A DNA stretch of 64,000 nucleotides. It comes from Myxococcota bacterium. GTDB lineage: Bacteria > Myxococcota_A > SURF-8. Both the position numbers and the translations under genes were made by a program. Under the pieces are notes generated by a model. That model saw only the letters and a list, made by a program, of their open reading frames with translations, ran no database searches and was not told where the DNA came from. This document shows, piece by piece, positions 49,654 through 59,589 of this stretch. The stretch covers positions 352,001-416,000 of the forward strand of contig OZ223209.1 of the NCBI GenBank assembly GCA_965140415.1, written 5' to 3'. Every line of letters begins with the position of its first letter. Position 1 is the stretch's first letter.

Positions 49654-50763
49654 ATGAAAGTTCTGATGATCACCAAGCCGCTGGTTCCCCCCTGGGATGA
49701 CAGCGCGAAAAACCTGGCGAGGGATATCCTGCTGCACTGCCCGGAAGTGCGCTTTCACGCACTGACCAGCGGAGAGTTCAGCTTCGAGCAAAAGCACATC
49801 CGCGAAGAGCGCCTGTATTCGGATGCCGGTGCCTACCAACCGCCATTGTGGAACAACATCAAGGTCTTTTTCAGATTATTGAAGCCCGACGATATGGACC
49901 TGTACCATTTCTTCTTTGCGCCCAACCGCAAAACCTCCACCATGGCCAAGTTGGCGCTGAACATGCAACCGCACATACACACCGTGCAGACCGTCTGTTC
50001 GGCCCCGCAGAGCTTCGACGGCATTCAAAAACTTTGTTTCGCCGATCACACGATAACCGTCTCCAAGGATACGCGCGACAAGCTGATCGCCGCCGGGGTG
50101 AATAACGTGCGCTGCATTTATCCGGCGGTGGCTGATGAAGATATCCCGACAGAGCAGGAAAAGCTGGCCAATCGACGCGCTTTCAAACTGCCGGAACGGG
50201 GAGTCATCGCCTTGTTTGCGGGCGATCTGGATTTCTCCAACGCGGCGGAAACGCTGCTTGAAGCGTTGCCCGAAGCATTGAAAGAACCGGATCTGACGGT
50301 GGTCTTCTGCAATCGCGTCAAGACTCCCGCCGCAGAGGGCATCCGCGAAAGGATCAAACAGCGCGTAAACGACATGAATCTGCAAGAGCGTGTACTTTTT
50401 ATTCCGGCGCAGAAAGATTTACGCCCGTTATTGCGCGCCATCGACATCATGCTGATGCATCCGGACACGCTGTATGCAAAAATGGATCTTCCGCTGGTGC
50501 TGTTGGAGTCGATGTCCCACGGTACTCCGCCGATCGTCAGTTCCCTGCCGATGCTTCAGGAAGCACTACAGAGCACCGACGCGGGACTGACCGTCCAGGC
50601 GGGCGATGCCGCCGGACTGGCACAGGCGCTGCGCAGCCTGACTGCCGATCCCGAATTGCGCAAACGTATCGGACAAACCGCGCGCGAAGTCGTGCGTGCT
50701 GAATTTTCTATGGAAACACTGGGCGCCCATTATCGGGAGCTGTACCGCGAAATCGGTTCCTGA
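49654..50763 (+). CDS. Glycosyltransferase family 4
   Basis: GT-B pattern TVS...R..L, PLVLLESMSHGTP, D...LAQAL..L..DPELRKRIG. Confidence 0.85.
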   Translation: MKVLMITKPLVPPWDDSAKNLARDILLHCPEVRFHALTSGEFSFEQKHIREERLYSDAGAYQPPLWNNIKVFFRLLKPDDMDLYHFFFAPNRKTSTMAKLALNMQPHIHTVQTVCSAPQSFDGIQKLCFADHTITVSKDTRDKLIAAGVNNVRCIYPAVADEDIPTEQEKLANRRAFKLPERGVIALFAGDLDFSNAAETLLEALPEALKEPDLTVVFCNRVKTPAAEGIRERIKQRVNDMNLQERVLFIPAQKDLRPLLRAIDIMLMHPDTLYAKMDLPLVLLESMSHGTPPIVSSLPMLQEALQSTDAGLTVQAGDAAGLAQALRSLTADPELRKRIGQTAREVVRAEFSMETLGAHYRELYREIGS

Positions 50764-50782
50764 CGAACCGCCGCAAGGAGTG

Positions 50783-51499
50783 ATGATGCACGAGGAAACC
50801 CAGAAATATTACGATGAATTTGCGAAAGTCTACGAAGCCCACCGCCACGAAGGCTATCATTTGATGCTGGACGAATTGGAAGTCGAAGTGCTGCGCCCCT
50901 TCGCCACCGGCAAGAGCGTGCTGGAAGCGGGTTGTGGCACCGGCCTGATTCTGGAGCGTATCGCAAAGATCGCCAGCGAAGCGCAGGGCGTGGACCTTTC
51001 GCCGGGTATGCTAGAACTGGCCAAGCGACGCGGCCTGAACTGCCAGGTCTCCGATTTAAGCACGCTGCCCTTCGAAGACAACACCTTCGACTGCGTTTAC
51101 TCTTTCAAGGTGCTTGCACACGTTCCCGATATCCGCAACGCGCTGTGGGAACTGGCGCGCGTCACCAAGCCGGGCGGTCACATGGTGCTGGAATTCTACA
51201 ATCCCTACAGCCTGCGGGGACTCGTCAAGCGCTTGAAACCGGCTACGACCATCACGGAGCAAACCGACGACGAACAGGTTTACACCCGCTACGACAGTTT
51301 GAACACGATCCGCACTTATTTGCCGGTGGATGTCGAACTGGAAGACACGCGCGGGATTCGCATTCTGACCCCGGTCGCAGCCGCTCATCGCGTGCCGGTA
51401 CTGAAAACCCTGTTGCGCCAGGGTGAGGAAAAACTGTTGAATTCTCCCTTGAAGAATCTGGCGGGTTTCCTGGTGGTTATCCTGCGGAAAAAGGGCTGA
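50783..51499 (+). CDS. Class I SAM-dependent methyltransferase
   Basis: VLEAGCGTG, GVDLSPGML, LPFEDNTFD, RVTKPGG. Confidence 0.9.
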   Translation: MMHEETQKYYDEFAKVYEAHRHEGYHLMLDELEVEVLRPFATGKSVLEAGCGTGLILERIAKIASEAQGVDLSPGMLELAKRRGLNCQVSDLSTLPFEDNTFDCVYSFKVLAHVPDIRNALWELARVTKPGGHMVLEFYNPYSLRGLVKRLKPATTITEQTDDEQVYTRYDSLNTIRTYLPVDVELEDTRGIRILTPVAAAHRVPVLKTLLRQGEEKLLNSPLKNLAGFLVVILRKKG

Positions 51500-51517
51500 G
51501 GAAAACGGAAAAGGTTT

Positions 51518-51559
51518 CCGGCAGGATGGCAGCCGGAACTGCCATCTTGACCGGTTTTT
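51518..51559 (+). terminator. Rho-independent terminator
   Basis: AGGATGGCAG...CTGCCATCTT stem followed by T-tract. Confidence 0.65.
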
Positions 51560-51690
51560 ATTTTGATTTCAGTGCTTGCACTATTCTGTCACCCCCGCGT
51601 GAGCGAGGGGACAGCCTGTTGATATCACTTTAAAATTCAACCTTCACGAAAACGACATCGAATCGCGCATCTTGAAACATCTGTATGCGC

Positions 51691-52332
51691 TTACTCCGCC
51701 GCGCAGGAGAATGCACCGGTGACATGGAAATTGTCGGCGCTGTCTTGCGGATCGTAAAGCAGGCAATCGAAGCTGCCGTTGTTGTCATCCACAACCGTGA
51801 TCGTACAAGGTGTGGTGGCCCAGTATTCCACGGTGGTATCGGTCTGGATGTCGTTAAGCGACCACTGAACGACGGCCTTGTCCAGTCCGGTGTACGTGCC
51901 TGCGCCATCATAAGTTTTGGCAGTCAGTTTGATTGTCGTGTAGCTGTTGTCCGGATCGTACATTTCCACGCGCAGTTCCGAATCCACCACGTGACAACCG
52001 GAAGTCGGCACCGCCGTGAATTGACCGTACACGTAACTGCCCGCCAAATCACCGTTTTCGACATCGAAGCACAGTTCATCCGCCTGCGGCGTGCATAGCT
52101 GCGCCACGGCATCGCCATCTACAGTCTGATCGCCATCAGCGGTATCGCCGTCCACTACCACATCGCCATCGGCAGTATCGCCATCCACGATCGTCTGATC
52201 GCCATCGGCGGTGTCACCATCAGTGGTGTCACCATCGGTGGTCGTATCGTCATCATCGCCGCCGCAACCTGCAACAAACAGCGCGAACACCAAAATTACC
52301 GCTAACAGCCAAAACGTTTTCTTTTCCATCAT
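51691..52332 (-). CDS. Hypothetical lipoprotein with DGD-repeat linker
   Basis: VAG-C lipobox, ~8 DGD units, ~135-aa beta-rich domain; AAGGAG RBS; TTGACA-17-GACAAT upstream. Confidence 0.8.
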   Translation of the reverse strand: MMEKKTFWLLAVILVFALFVAGCGGDDDDTTTDGDTTDGDTADGDQTIVDGDTADGDVVVDGDTADGDQTVDGDAVAQLCTPQADELCFDVENGDLAGSYVYGQFTAVPTSGCHVVDSELRVEMYDPDNSYTTIKLTAKTYDGAGTYTGLDKAVVQWSLNDIQTDTTVEYWATTPCTITVVDDNNGSFDCLLYDPQDSADNFHVTGAFSCAAE

Positions 52333-52455
52333 GATCGGCACTCCTTCTTATTCGGTCAGCGTAAAAGGTCTCTTTTAGAAACGGCGGTATTGTCCCCGAG
52401 AGAAGCCGGAATGTCAACTATTGAAGGTTGTGAATTCGTGGTGGGCATAAACAGA

Positions 52456-52484
52456 GACGAGGCGGGCTGAATGCCCGCCTCGTC
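52456..52484. terminator. Stem-loop downstream of the giant lipoprotein
   Basis: Perfect 12-bp stem GACGAGGCGGGC-TGAAT-GCCCGCCTCGTC. Confidence 0.65.
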
Positions 52485-52524
52485 GTGTCGATCTCAATGG
52501 TGGAGCGATCTCCACCGTTCAATC

Positions 52525-55500
52525 TTATTCAGGACAGCTACGAGGCGTATCGCCTTCCGTTGCTTCCGTCGTACACGAATACTGGCTGTAGGTGCTCGAC
52601 CAGCCGCACAGCGGATAGTCGCCCTCGCAGGTGAATTCATGCACCAGGCCTGCCTGGCAGCGACGCAAACCGGTATCGCCAACACAGCAGCCTTCCTCTT
52701 CGGTGATGCCGTAGCATTCATCGGCTGGATTCCCTTCTACCGTCAAGGTGAATTCCTTGCTCGTGTAGCTGCTGGGAAGTTCGCCATCAACCACCAGATG
52801 GTAGGTGCCGGTGGCCGGAGCGGTGAACTCGAATGCATCGAAGGTGGTTCCATAATACTGATCCACACCAGCCAGACAAACCATGCAGTTTTCGCCGATG
52901 TACGCACCCAGATCCAGCGAATCGTCGGTGGTATCCACGCGAACGCGGATGGTATCGCCTTCCGTCAGATCCAGTTCGAACATCAGATCTTCACCAGTGG
53001 TCACCCAACCGGTGCAGTCTTCACCGAAGTCGAAGCTGGCTTCGTTCACTTCGTGCGTGCCGGTGTAAGGCAGGTCGGCGAAAGCGCCCAGGTCCACATC
53101 CGCAGTCGGACAGGCCGGAACAGCCTGACAACTGCCACCCTGAACCGAGCGCGTCTGCATCTGCAAGGTATCCCCGGCGTTCACGTTCATTTCGAACCAG
53201 TCGGCATCGTCGGTGCCGATGTAACCCGTGGCCAGAGCGGGAATGACGATTGCATTGGCTTCGCCCATGGCGTTATTGGGTTCGGTTTCGCTGATGGCAT
53301 TGTATCCGTTGCGCACCGGAGTCTCTTCTGAAACGAGCTGGTAGTATCCGGTGGAAGTGGAGCTGTAGCCGTACACTTTAAGGTAATACGTGCCGTCTAC
53401 ATCGAAAGTGTGAGAGATCAGTGAATACAAGCCTTCACCGCCGTCGTCGTTGTAGGCGATATATTCAGCGCCGTCCGACGCCCACAGTTCCAGTTTGGTA
53501 TCCACCGTGTCATCGGTCATCGAAGTGTCGCAGTACAACCCGCTCTGACATTCGAAGTTTTCGCTGCACGCGCCGTCTTCGGGAACCGTGCCGAACTGAC
53601 CGTCATCGACGCAGCGATTGATGTCACCCTGATTGCTCAAGGTGGCGCAGGTGTAGTTTGCCGGGCAGGAATCACTGTCGCCACGAGCAGGAGCACCGAA
53701 GGTGCAGTCTTGATTGCACTTGCCTTCGTAGCAGACTTCACTGTCACATTCCAGATCCGTTTCGCACAGCGAACCGAAAGGTTTGTTCGCTTCGGCACAG
53801 GTAAAGGTCAGCGTGTAATCGCTGACGGCACCACTGTAGCCATCTACCACGATGAAGTAGCTGACTCCAGCATCGGCGTTGAACTGAATCTGCTCATCAC
53901 TCGTTCCGGTCGAACGGGTGATGCAGGTATTGGGATCGCAACTGCTGAGCAGGAAGAGATCCAGATCGGCGCTTAGCCCCGTCAGATCGACCGTGATCAA
54001 CTTGTCCGTATCCGATACGAAATTGTACAGCACTTCCGGTGCGGATTCCGTAAGCGTCGTGCAGGAATACAGGTCGTAGTTGGAACTGCCGTTGGTTTGG
54101 TTGTTGTGGGTGAAGCTGTCGTCACAGGTGGCATCGAAATCGGTGGTGCAGCAATCGACGTTCAGACGGCAGTCGTAATCATCGCAATCGGTGTTGCCGT
54201 CTTCGTCGTTATCGATGTCGTCGCCACAGTTTTCTTCGCCGCCTCCGATCAGGTCGCAGCTTCCAGCTTCTGCGTTGCATGTGGCGTTGCCGTCCACACA
54301 CTCTTCGGCAAGGCGCATGATGTCGCAGGAATCGGTGTTGTACAGATCGTTGTCCTGACAGACCTGCGGAGCCGCATCGGGTGCGCAGATATAGGTGCCG
54401 TATCCGATGTCTATACAGGTGCTATCCGGCGGACAAACGCCGCTCGTACTGCAATCGACGGTGCAGAACCAATAGTCCGAACCCGTGTACGCCACACACA
54501 CGCCGCTGTCTCCGCAGGAGTCGGTGACGTCCGGGTCGCAGGTGTCGCACTGTACGCTGCCTCCGCAGTTGTCGTCGAACTGGCAATCCACATCATCGCA
54601 ATCGGTGTTGCCGTCTTCGTCGTTGTCGAGATCGTCTCCGCACATTCCGACTTCACCACCGCCGATCAGATCGCACACACCATCAACATCATTGCATTCT
54701 TCATTGGTGGCGTCGCAGTCGGCATACAGTAACGAAATGCCGCAGGTGTCGACGGAGTAAACATCTTCCTCCGTGCAGGAGTAGCTGTCCAGAGTCGGTA
54801 CGCACCAGGAGACATCGCCGACCGAGGTGCAGTCCATGCCGTCTCCACAGGTTTCACCACCAGTGCAGTCCAGCACGCAGAACCAGTTGTCATCGTCTGT
54901 GTAGTGAATGCACTCGTAACCGGTGTCGCAGGGCTGGTAGTTTTCCGGGTCGCAGGTTTCACACTGCACTCCGCCGCCGCCGGTGCATTCCGATTCGGTA
55001 TAGGTGAACTGGTAATTGTTGATTTCGTTGTTGTTGCCGTATTCATCGACCTTGACGTAATAGGTGCCAGCCGGCAGGCAACCGACGCGGATGCGTGAGA
55101 ACAGGCCGGTATCATCGTCGTTGTAACCAATCTCGTTATCACTGGAATCATAAAGCCACATGCGCGTATCGCCGCTGGCTCCGGAGGTCTGCATTTCAAC
55201 CGTGGTCTCGGCAGTCAAGGTGAAGGTCCACCAGTCTACATCGGTAGCCGGGCAGATCGAGTGATCCTCGGATACGCCATTAACCGGTGTCGTGGCTGCG
55301 GTGGATTCGTTATCCGATTCATAGGCATCGTTTTCACAGGGAGGAACATCCTCGTCGCCGTCGATATCGCCATCGATATCGCCGTCGGTGGCGCAGTCTG
55401 CACTGTCATCGAAGTGATCGTCCGGATAGACGATGGCGCAGAAATCGTCGCAGTAGTTATCACCCTGCCAAGCACAGGGGTCCGCCGCCGCACAAGAACA

Positions 55501-56946
55501 GTTGTCGTAATAGGTGCCGCAAACATAGCTGTCGCAACTATCATAGTTGCAGGCGCAACCTTCAATGGCATCTACACACATACCCGAGTCATATCCCGCA
55601 CCCGTACAAAGCGCATTGCAGTCGCCGTTGCCGTAGCAATCCGCGTTGTCGCCGTCTACGTCGCCATCCACATCACCGTCGGTGGTGCAGTCCGCGCTGT
55701 CGTCGAAGTAATCATCCGGGTAAGCGAGGGCACAGAAGTCATCGCAGTAGTTGTCGCCTTGCCAGGAGCAGGGGTCCGCCGCCGAACAGGAGCAGTTGTC
55801 GTAGTAGGTGCCGCACACGTAAGAATCGCAGCTATCGTAGCTGCAAACACAGCTTTCGGTGGTGTCGTTGCAAATGCCGGAATCGTAGCCTGCATTGATG
55901 CAGCCCGAATTGCAATCGCCGTAACCATAGCAATCGGCGTTGTCACCGTCGACCACATCGCCATCGACCACATCGCCATCGATCACATCACCATCGATCA
56001 TGTCGCCGTCGATCATGTCGCCATCGATCATGTCGCCGTCGACATAGTCTCCATCGATGAGATCGCCATCCGGGTTGCAGGCTTCCTGGCTGAAGACCAG
56101 GGTGCAATAGCCGGGGCAGGTGGCGGTTACGCTGCCGTCTTCGTTGGTTGAAATGGTGCAGATTTCCAGAATAGGCATTTCGTCGATTTCGCAGCCTTCG
56201 ATATGAACTTCGGCATCGTCCTGACCTTCCAACACGACGGTAATGGTGAATCCACATTCGACATCCGTGTCTTCTTCGACCACGGCATACTGCGCGACCA
56301 ACTGATCGCACGCTGGCCCGGTTTCCGAAGCGATGCAGTAGGTGCCCGGGAAGTCCGCACAATCGGCACAAGGATCATCACCGTCAATCATGTCGCCATC
56401 GGGCATGTCACCATCAGGCATGTCGCCATCGGGCATATCACCATCGGGCATGTCGCCATCGGGCATGTCGCCATCGGGCATGTCACCATCGGGCATGTCA
56501 CCATCGGGCATGTCACCATCGGTCATGTCGCCATCGGGCATGTCGCCATCGGGCATGTCGCCATCGGGCATGTCGCCATCGGGCATGTCGCCATCGGGCA
56601 TGTCGCCATCGGGCATGTCACCATCGGGCATGTCGCCATCGGGCATGTCACCGTCGGGCATATCGCCATCGACCTTGTCACCGTCAACCGAGTCGCCATC
56701 GATGGTGTCACCATCCGTGGTGTCGCCGTCGACGGTGTCACCGTCTACCGTGTCACCGTCCACCGTGTCACCGTCCACCGTGTCACCATCTACCGTATCG
56801 CCGTCCGTTTGATCGGCATCGGTTTCGGTATCGCCATCAGTCGTGTCACCGTCAATGCCATCATCACTATCGCCCCCGCACCCCATCGTGCCCAGCGACA
56901 ACAGCAACACCAATAGCAACAGCATCCAAAATTGCGTGGTCCGCAT
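52525..56946 (-). CDS. 1473-aa Asp/Cys-rich surface lipoprotein with DGDMP array and multiple PPC-like domains
   Basis: TMG-C lipobox; DGD pentapeptide array; duplicated Cys modules; CGDD.DNDEDG.TDCDD.DC motifs; four PPC-like beta domains (GTYYVKV, SYFIVVDGY, GTYYLKV, GTYHLVVDG). Confidence 0.9.
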   Translation of the reverse strand: MRTTQFWMLLLLVLLLSLGTMGCGGDSDDGIDGDTTDGDTETDADQTDGDTVDGDTVDGDTVDGDTVDGDTVDGDTTDGDTIDGDSVDGDKVDGDMPDGDMPDGDMPDGDMPDGDMPDGDMPDGDMPDGDMPDGDMPDGDMTDGDMPDGDMPDGDMPDGDMPDGDMPDGDMPDGDMPDGDMPDGDMIDGDDPCADCADFPGTYCIASETGPACDQLVAQYAVVEEDTDVECGFTITVVLEGQDDAEVHIEGCEIDEMPILEICTISTNEDGSVTATCPGYCTLVFSQEACNPDGDLIDGDYVDGDMIDGDMIDGDMIDGDVIDGDVVDGDVVDGDNADCYGYGDCNSGCINAGYDSGICNDTTESCVCSYDSCDSYVCGTYYDNCSCSAADPCSWQGDNYCDDFCALAYPDDYFDDSADCTTDGDVDGDVDGDNADCYGNGDCNALCTGAGYDSGMCVDAIEGCACNYDSCDSYVCGTYYDNCSCAAADPCAWQGDNYCDDFCAIVYPDDHFDDSADCATDGDIDGDIDGDEDVPPCENDAYESDNESTAATTPVNGVSEDHSICPATDVDWWTFTLTAETTVEMQTSGASGDTRMWLYDSSDNEIGYNDDDTGLFSRIRVGCLPAGTYYVKVDEYGNNNEINNYQFTYTESECTGGGGVQCETCDPENYQPCDTGYECIHYTDDDNWFCVLDCTGGETCGDGMDCTSVGDVSWCVPTLDSYSCTEEDVYSVDTCGISLLYADCDATNEECNDVDGVCDLIGGGEVGMCGDDLDNDEDGNTDCDDVDCQFDDNCGGSVQCDTCDPDVTDSCGDSGVCVAYTGSDYWFCTVDCSTSGVCPPDSTCIDIGYGTYICAPDAAPQVCQDNDLYNTDSCDIMRLAEECVDGNATCNAEAGSCDLIGGGEENCGDDIDNDEDGNTDCDDYDCRLNVDCCTTDFDATCDDSFTHNNQTNGSSNYDLYSCTTLTESAPEVLYNFVSDTDKLITVDLTGLSADLDLFLLSSCDPNTCITRSTGTSDEQIQFNADAGVSYFIVVDGYSGAVSDYTLTFTCAEANKPFGSLCETDLECDSEVCYEGKCNQDCTFGAPARGDSDSCPANYTCATLSNQGDINRCVDDGQFGTVPEDGACSENFECQSGLYCDTSMTDDTVDTKLELWASDGAEYIAYNDDGGEGLYSLISHTFDVDGTYYLKVYGYSSTSTGYYQLVSEETPVRNGYNAISETEPNNAMGEANAIVIPALATGYIGTDDADWFEMNVNAGDTLQMQTRSVQGGSCQAVPACPTADVDLGAFADLPYTGTHEVNEASFDFGEDCTGWVTTGEDLMFELDLTEGDTIRVRVDTTDDSLDLGAYIGENCMVCLAGVDQYYGTTFDAFEFTAPATGTYHLVVDGELPSSYTSKEFTLTVEGNPADECYGITEEEGCCVGDTGLRRCQAGLVHEFTCEGDYPLCGWSSTYSQYSCTTEATEGDTPRSCPE
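55360..55950 (-). repeat. Two direct repeats with 294-bp period (98-aa Cys-rich module)
   Basis: DNADCYG.GDCN..C...AGYDSG.C...YDSCDSYVCGTYYDNCSC.AADPC.WQGDNYCDDFCA occurs twice; anchors at 55636 and 55930. Confidence 0.9.
56386..56805 (-). repeat. 15-bp tandem array, ~28 units (19 x DGDM-x, 9 x DGD-T/S/K-x)
   Basis: Plus-strand unit GGGCATGTCGCCATC repeated with mostly synonymous variation. Confidence 0.97.
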
Positions 56947-57079
56947 TGGTCCCCTCCTTTACATATTCTTCTCTTGAGTTAATAGGTTCCCCATTGTCAT
57001 CCCATTTCCCACATAAGCGAACAAACCGGAAATGTCTAAACTTCCGGCTCGTTCTATCTGTAATTCATTAGACGTACTC

Positions 57080-57107
57080 ATGCTAGCACGCCGGGCGGGC
57101 ATGTCAA
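57080..57107 (-). promoter_or_regulatory. Candidate sigma70 promoter for the giant lipoprotein
   Basis: TTGACA-16 bp-TAGCAT with TG extended -10. Confidence 0.45.
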
Positions 57108-57175
57108 GCGAATTGAATCATGAAGGACTTACACAAGGAAGTGAATGCGCAATAATAACGGTCAGATAAGGTTTG

Positions 57176-58579
57176 TCAGCGCCAAGACGAGTGCCGCTGT
57201 TCGAGTTGCTCGTCGAGCATCTTCTGAATCCGGTTACGCACTTCGTTGGAAAGACGATTCACCACTACTCGGTCGGTAGCGGCTTCTGGACCGAACTGAT
57301 TGATGAAGATCGGCTCGCCGAAAACGATGGTCCACTTCGACGGTAAAGGCAACAATCCAAACGGTCCAAGCCACGGGAATTGAGGCGTAATCGGCAAGAA
57401 CGGCAATCCCAGACTCTTTGCCAGACCACCCAGATTGGCCATAACTGGATGCGTTTCTTCCGAACCGACCACCACCATTGGAATCACTGGAGAATCGGTT
57501 ACCAGACAGAGTTTGACGAAACCTCCGCGTCCAAAGCGCTGCAAACGATAGCGATTACGGTAGGGTTTGACAACTCCCTTGATTCCCTCGGGAAATACGC
57601 AGGTCAGTTCGTCTTCCAACAACAGGCGCTGTGCATTTTCCTGACAGGCGCGCACCATGCCGAAGCGGTTGAGAATCGGTCCCAGAATCGGAGCGTAATA
57701 GAAGTAATCCTCGATCAACGGCCAGACGTTACGCTTGCATTCCCAGCGCACCGCATTGCGAATCATCAAACTGTCGAAAGGAAGAATGCCCGCATGGTTG
57801 GACACCAGCACAGCACGTCCCTGCTGCGGAATGTTCTCCGCTCCCAGTACCGTGACGCGATAGTAAAAACGATACAGGAATTGAATCAGGGGTTGAATGT
57901 GCTTGGAATATCCCGGATCGAATCCATATTCCTGACCCAATTCAAAACCTTCCGGGCGCAACAGTTTCAGCAGGTCCGGATCGCCGCCCCCGATAGCCAT
58001 CGACGGACGCATCTTGGGAGTTGCATCCTTTTTCTGAGCGACGGTTTTTTTCCTGGCTACAGCTTTTTTCGGCGCGGGAGTTTGTTTTACCTGTTTCGGT
58101 GTATCCGCTATTGCGGTTTTCGTTTTCGCAGTCTTCTTCGAAGCTGGTTTTACAGCAGCGGCAGTTTTAGAAGCGGTACCGGTTGATTTAGCGCTTTGCT
58201 TTGCTGCCTTTTTAGCGGGAGTGCTTTTTGCTGCTGCTTTCGTAGGAGCCTTTTTAGTTGTGGTTTTCTTCATTGCCGTTTTCTTTGCGGCAGCCGGTTT
58301 GGAAGCCGTTTTGCTGGCTGTCGGTTTTTTAGCCGCAGTCTTTTTGGGAGCCGCCTTCTTCGGGGTTGCCTTCTTTACCGGTTTCTTACTGGTTTTAGAA
58401 TCCCCATCCGGTTGTTTTGCAGCTTTGGCCGGTTTCGTTGGCTTTTTCTTTTTCTCGGCTTTCGACGCAGCTGGTTTCTTGGCGGATTCCTTCTTTTCGT
58501 CGCCTGCGGATTTCTTTTGAGAGCCGGTTTGACTCTCGATCTGCTGGAAGGGATCGCTACCCAATACCGATTTTGCCAT
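57176..58579 (-). CDS. PlsC-family acyltransferase with Lys/Ala/Pro-rich histone-H1-like N-terminus
   Basis: VSNHAGILPFD (HxxxxD), VFPEG, FGRGGFV; first ~190 aa are KKPA/KKTA/KAA low complexity. Confidence 0.88.
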   Translation of the reverse strand: MAKSVLGSDPFQQIESQTGSQKKSAGDEKKESAKKPAASKAEKKKKPTKPAKAAKQPDGDSKTSKKPVKKATPKKAAPKKTAAKKPTASKTASKPAAAKKTAMKKTTTKKAPTKAAAKSTPAKKAAKQSAKSTGTASKTAAAVKPASKKTAKTKTAIADTPKQVKQTPAPKKAVARKKTVAQKKDATPKMRPSMAIGGGDPDLLKLLRPEGFELGQEYGFDPGYSKHIQPLIQFLYRFYYRVTVLGAENIPQQGRAVLVSNHAGILPFDSLMIRNAVRWECKRNVWPLIEDYFYYAPILGPILNRFGMVRACQENAQRLLLEDELTCVFPEGIKGVVKPYRNRYRLQRFGRGGFVKLCLVTDSPVIPMVVVGSEETHPVMANLGGLAKSLGLPFLPITPQFPWLGPFGLLPLPSKWTIVFGEPIFINQFGPEAATDRVVVNRLSNEVRNRIQKMLDEQLEQRHSSWR

Positions 58580-58599
58580 CTGCTGCTTCTCCTTTATCT

Positions 58600-59589
58600 T
58601 CAGGCGGCTTTGTTACGGCGCGTTTGTTGCAGACTATTGAGTGCTTCGAAACAGGTATACTTAGGAACGAAACCGAATTCCAATGCGGCCTTGGTTCCAT
58701 CCGCCACCCATGGATACTTGATGTGGTTGATATACTCACTTGGAACATCGTAGAGCTTCAGATTCCACAGCAACGAACTGGTCGCGCGTAAAATCGAATC
58801 CGGCGCGGTCAGGCACTGTCCCCCGGCGCGCTGCACGGCTTCGGAATAGCGCACGACGCCTTTTCCCACGATGTTGTAAATACCCTCCACATCATTCAGA
58901 ATCACCTGTTCGTAGGCATCCATCAGATCGTTTTCATGAATGAACTGCATCATGGGATCGTAACCCAATACGCGCGGAGCGCGGGCGGAGGTCAACACGT
59001 TGCTCATGTAGTTGGAGGCGGTCGGACCCAAGGCGGTGCAATCGCGCAGGATCGCCACCTTGCATTCTTCATGGTGGCGCGCATACTGTCGCATCTGCCG
59101 TTCCAACTCGATTTTGTCGGAGATGAAACTGTCTTTGGCCTGCTCGTCCACCGGATGCTGCTCGGTCAGGAAATTCGGGTTGCCTCGTTTTGCACCATAG
59201 ACCGCCGTGGTGCTTCGTGCAACGATACGGCGTACTCTGGCTTCCGAACAGGCGTCGAGCACGTGCATGGTGCCGATGGCTTCCAGTTCGTGCGCCAGCA
59301 GGCGATTACGAGCGACGGTATACGCAACGATCAGATGTACGAAGGTGGAAACACCCTCGGATTGGAACAGGTTGATCAGCACTTGCTGAGAGGCCGGGCT
59401 GGTCAGATCGACCTTGTGGTAGATGAGCTTGGGATGCTCGATTTTCGGTTCATTGACATCTACCGCGACCACCCGCGAAATACCCGGTTGATCGAGCAAA
59501 CGTTTGAGCAGTCCGACGCCCAGGTAATTGGATGCACCGGTCATTGCCAGTACCTCACCCGTTTCTACCGCTTTTTGTGAGCTGTTCAT
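58600..59589 (-). CDS. NAD-dependent epimerase/dehydratase (extended, atypical SDR)
   Basis: TGASNYLG, GT.HVLDAC, STTAVYGA, QFIHEND, GIYNIVG; YxxxK position reads FISDK. Confidence 0.85.
   Translation of the reverse strand: MNSSQKAVETGEVLAMTGASNYLGVGLLKRLLDQPGISRVVAVDVNEPKIEHPKLIYHKVDLTSPASQQVLINLFQSEGVSTFVHLIVAYTVARNRLLAHELEAIGTMHVLDACSEARVRRIVARSTTAVYGAKRGNPNFLTEQHPVDEQAKDSFISDKIELERQMRQYARHHEECKVAILRDCTALGPTASNYMSNVLTSARAPRVLGYDPMMQFIHENDLMDAYEQVILNDVEGIYNIVGKGVVRYSEAVQRAGGQCLTAPDSILRATSSLLWNLKLYDVPSEYINHIKYPWVADGTKAALEFGFVPKYTCFEALNSLQQTRRNKAA

Noticed and set aside
53675-53690. RGD(S) integrin-binding motif in the giant lipoprotein
   Set aside because: Single tripeptide in a very Gly/Asp-rich protein; expected by chance.
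56342-56916. Plus-strand ORFs with SPSGM or GHVAI repeats, and a possible CRISPR-like array
   Set aside because: Alternative frames of the DGDMP tandem repeat; units are contiguous 15-mers without spacers and no cas genes are present.
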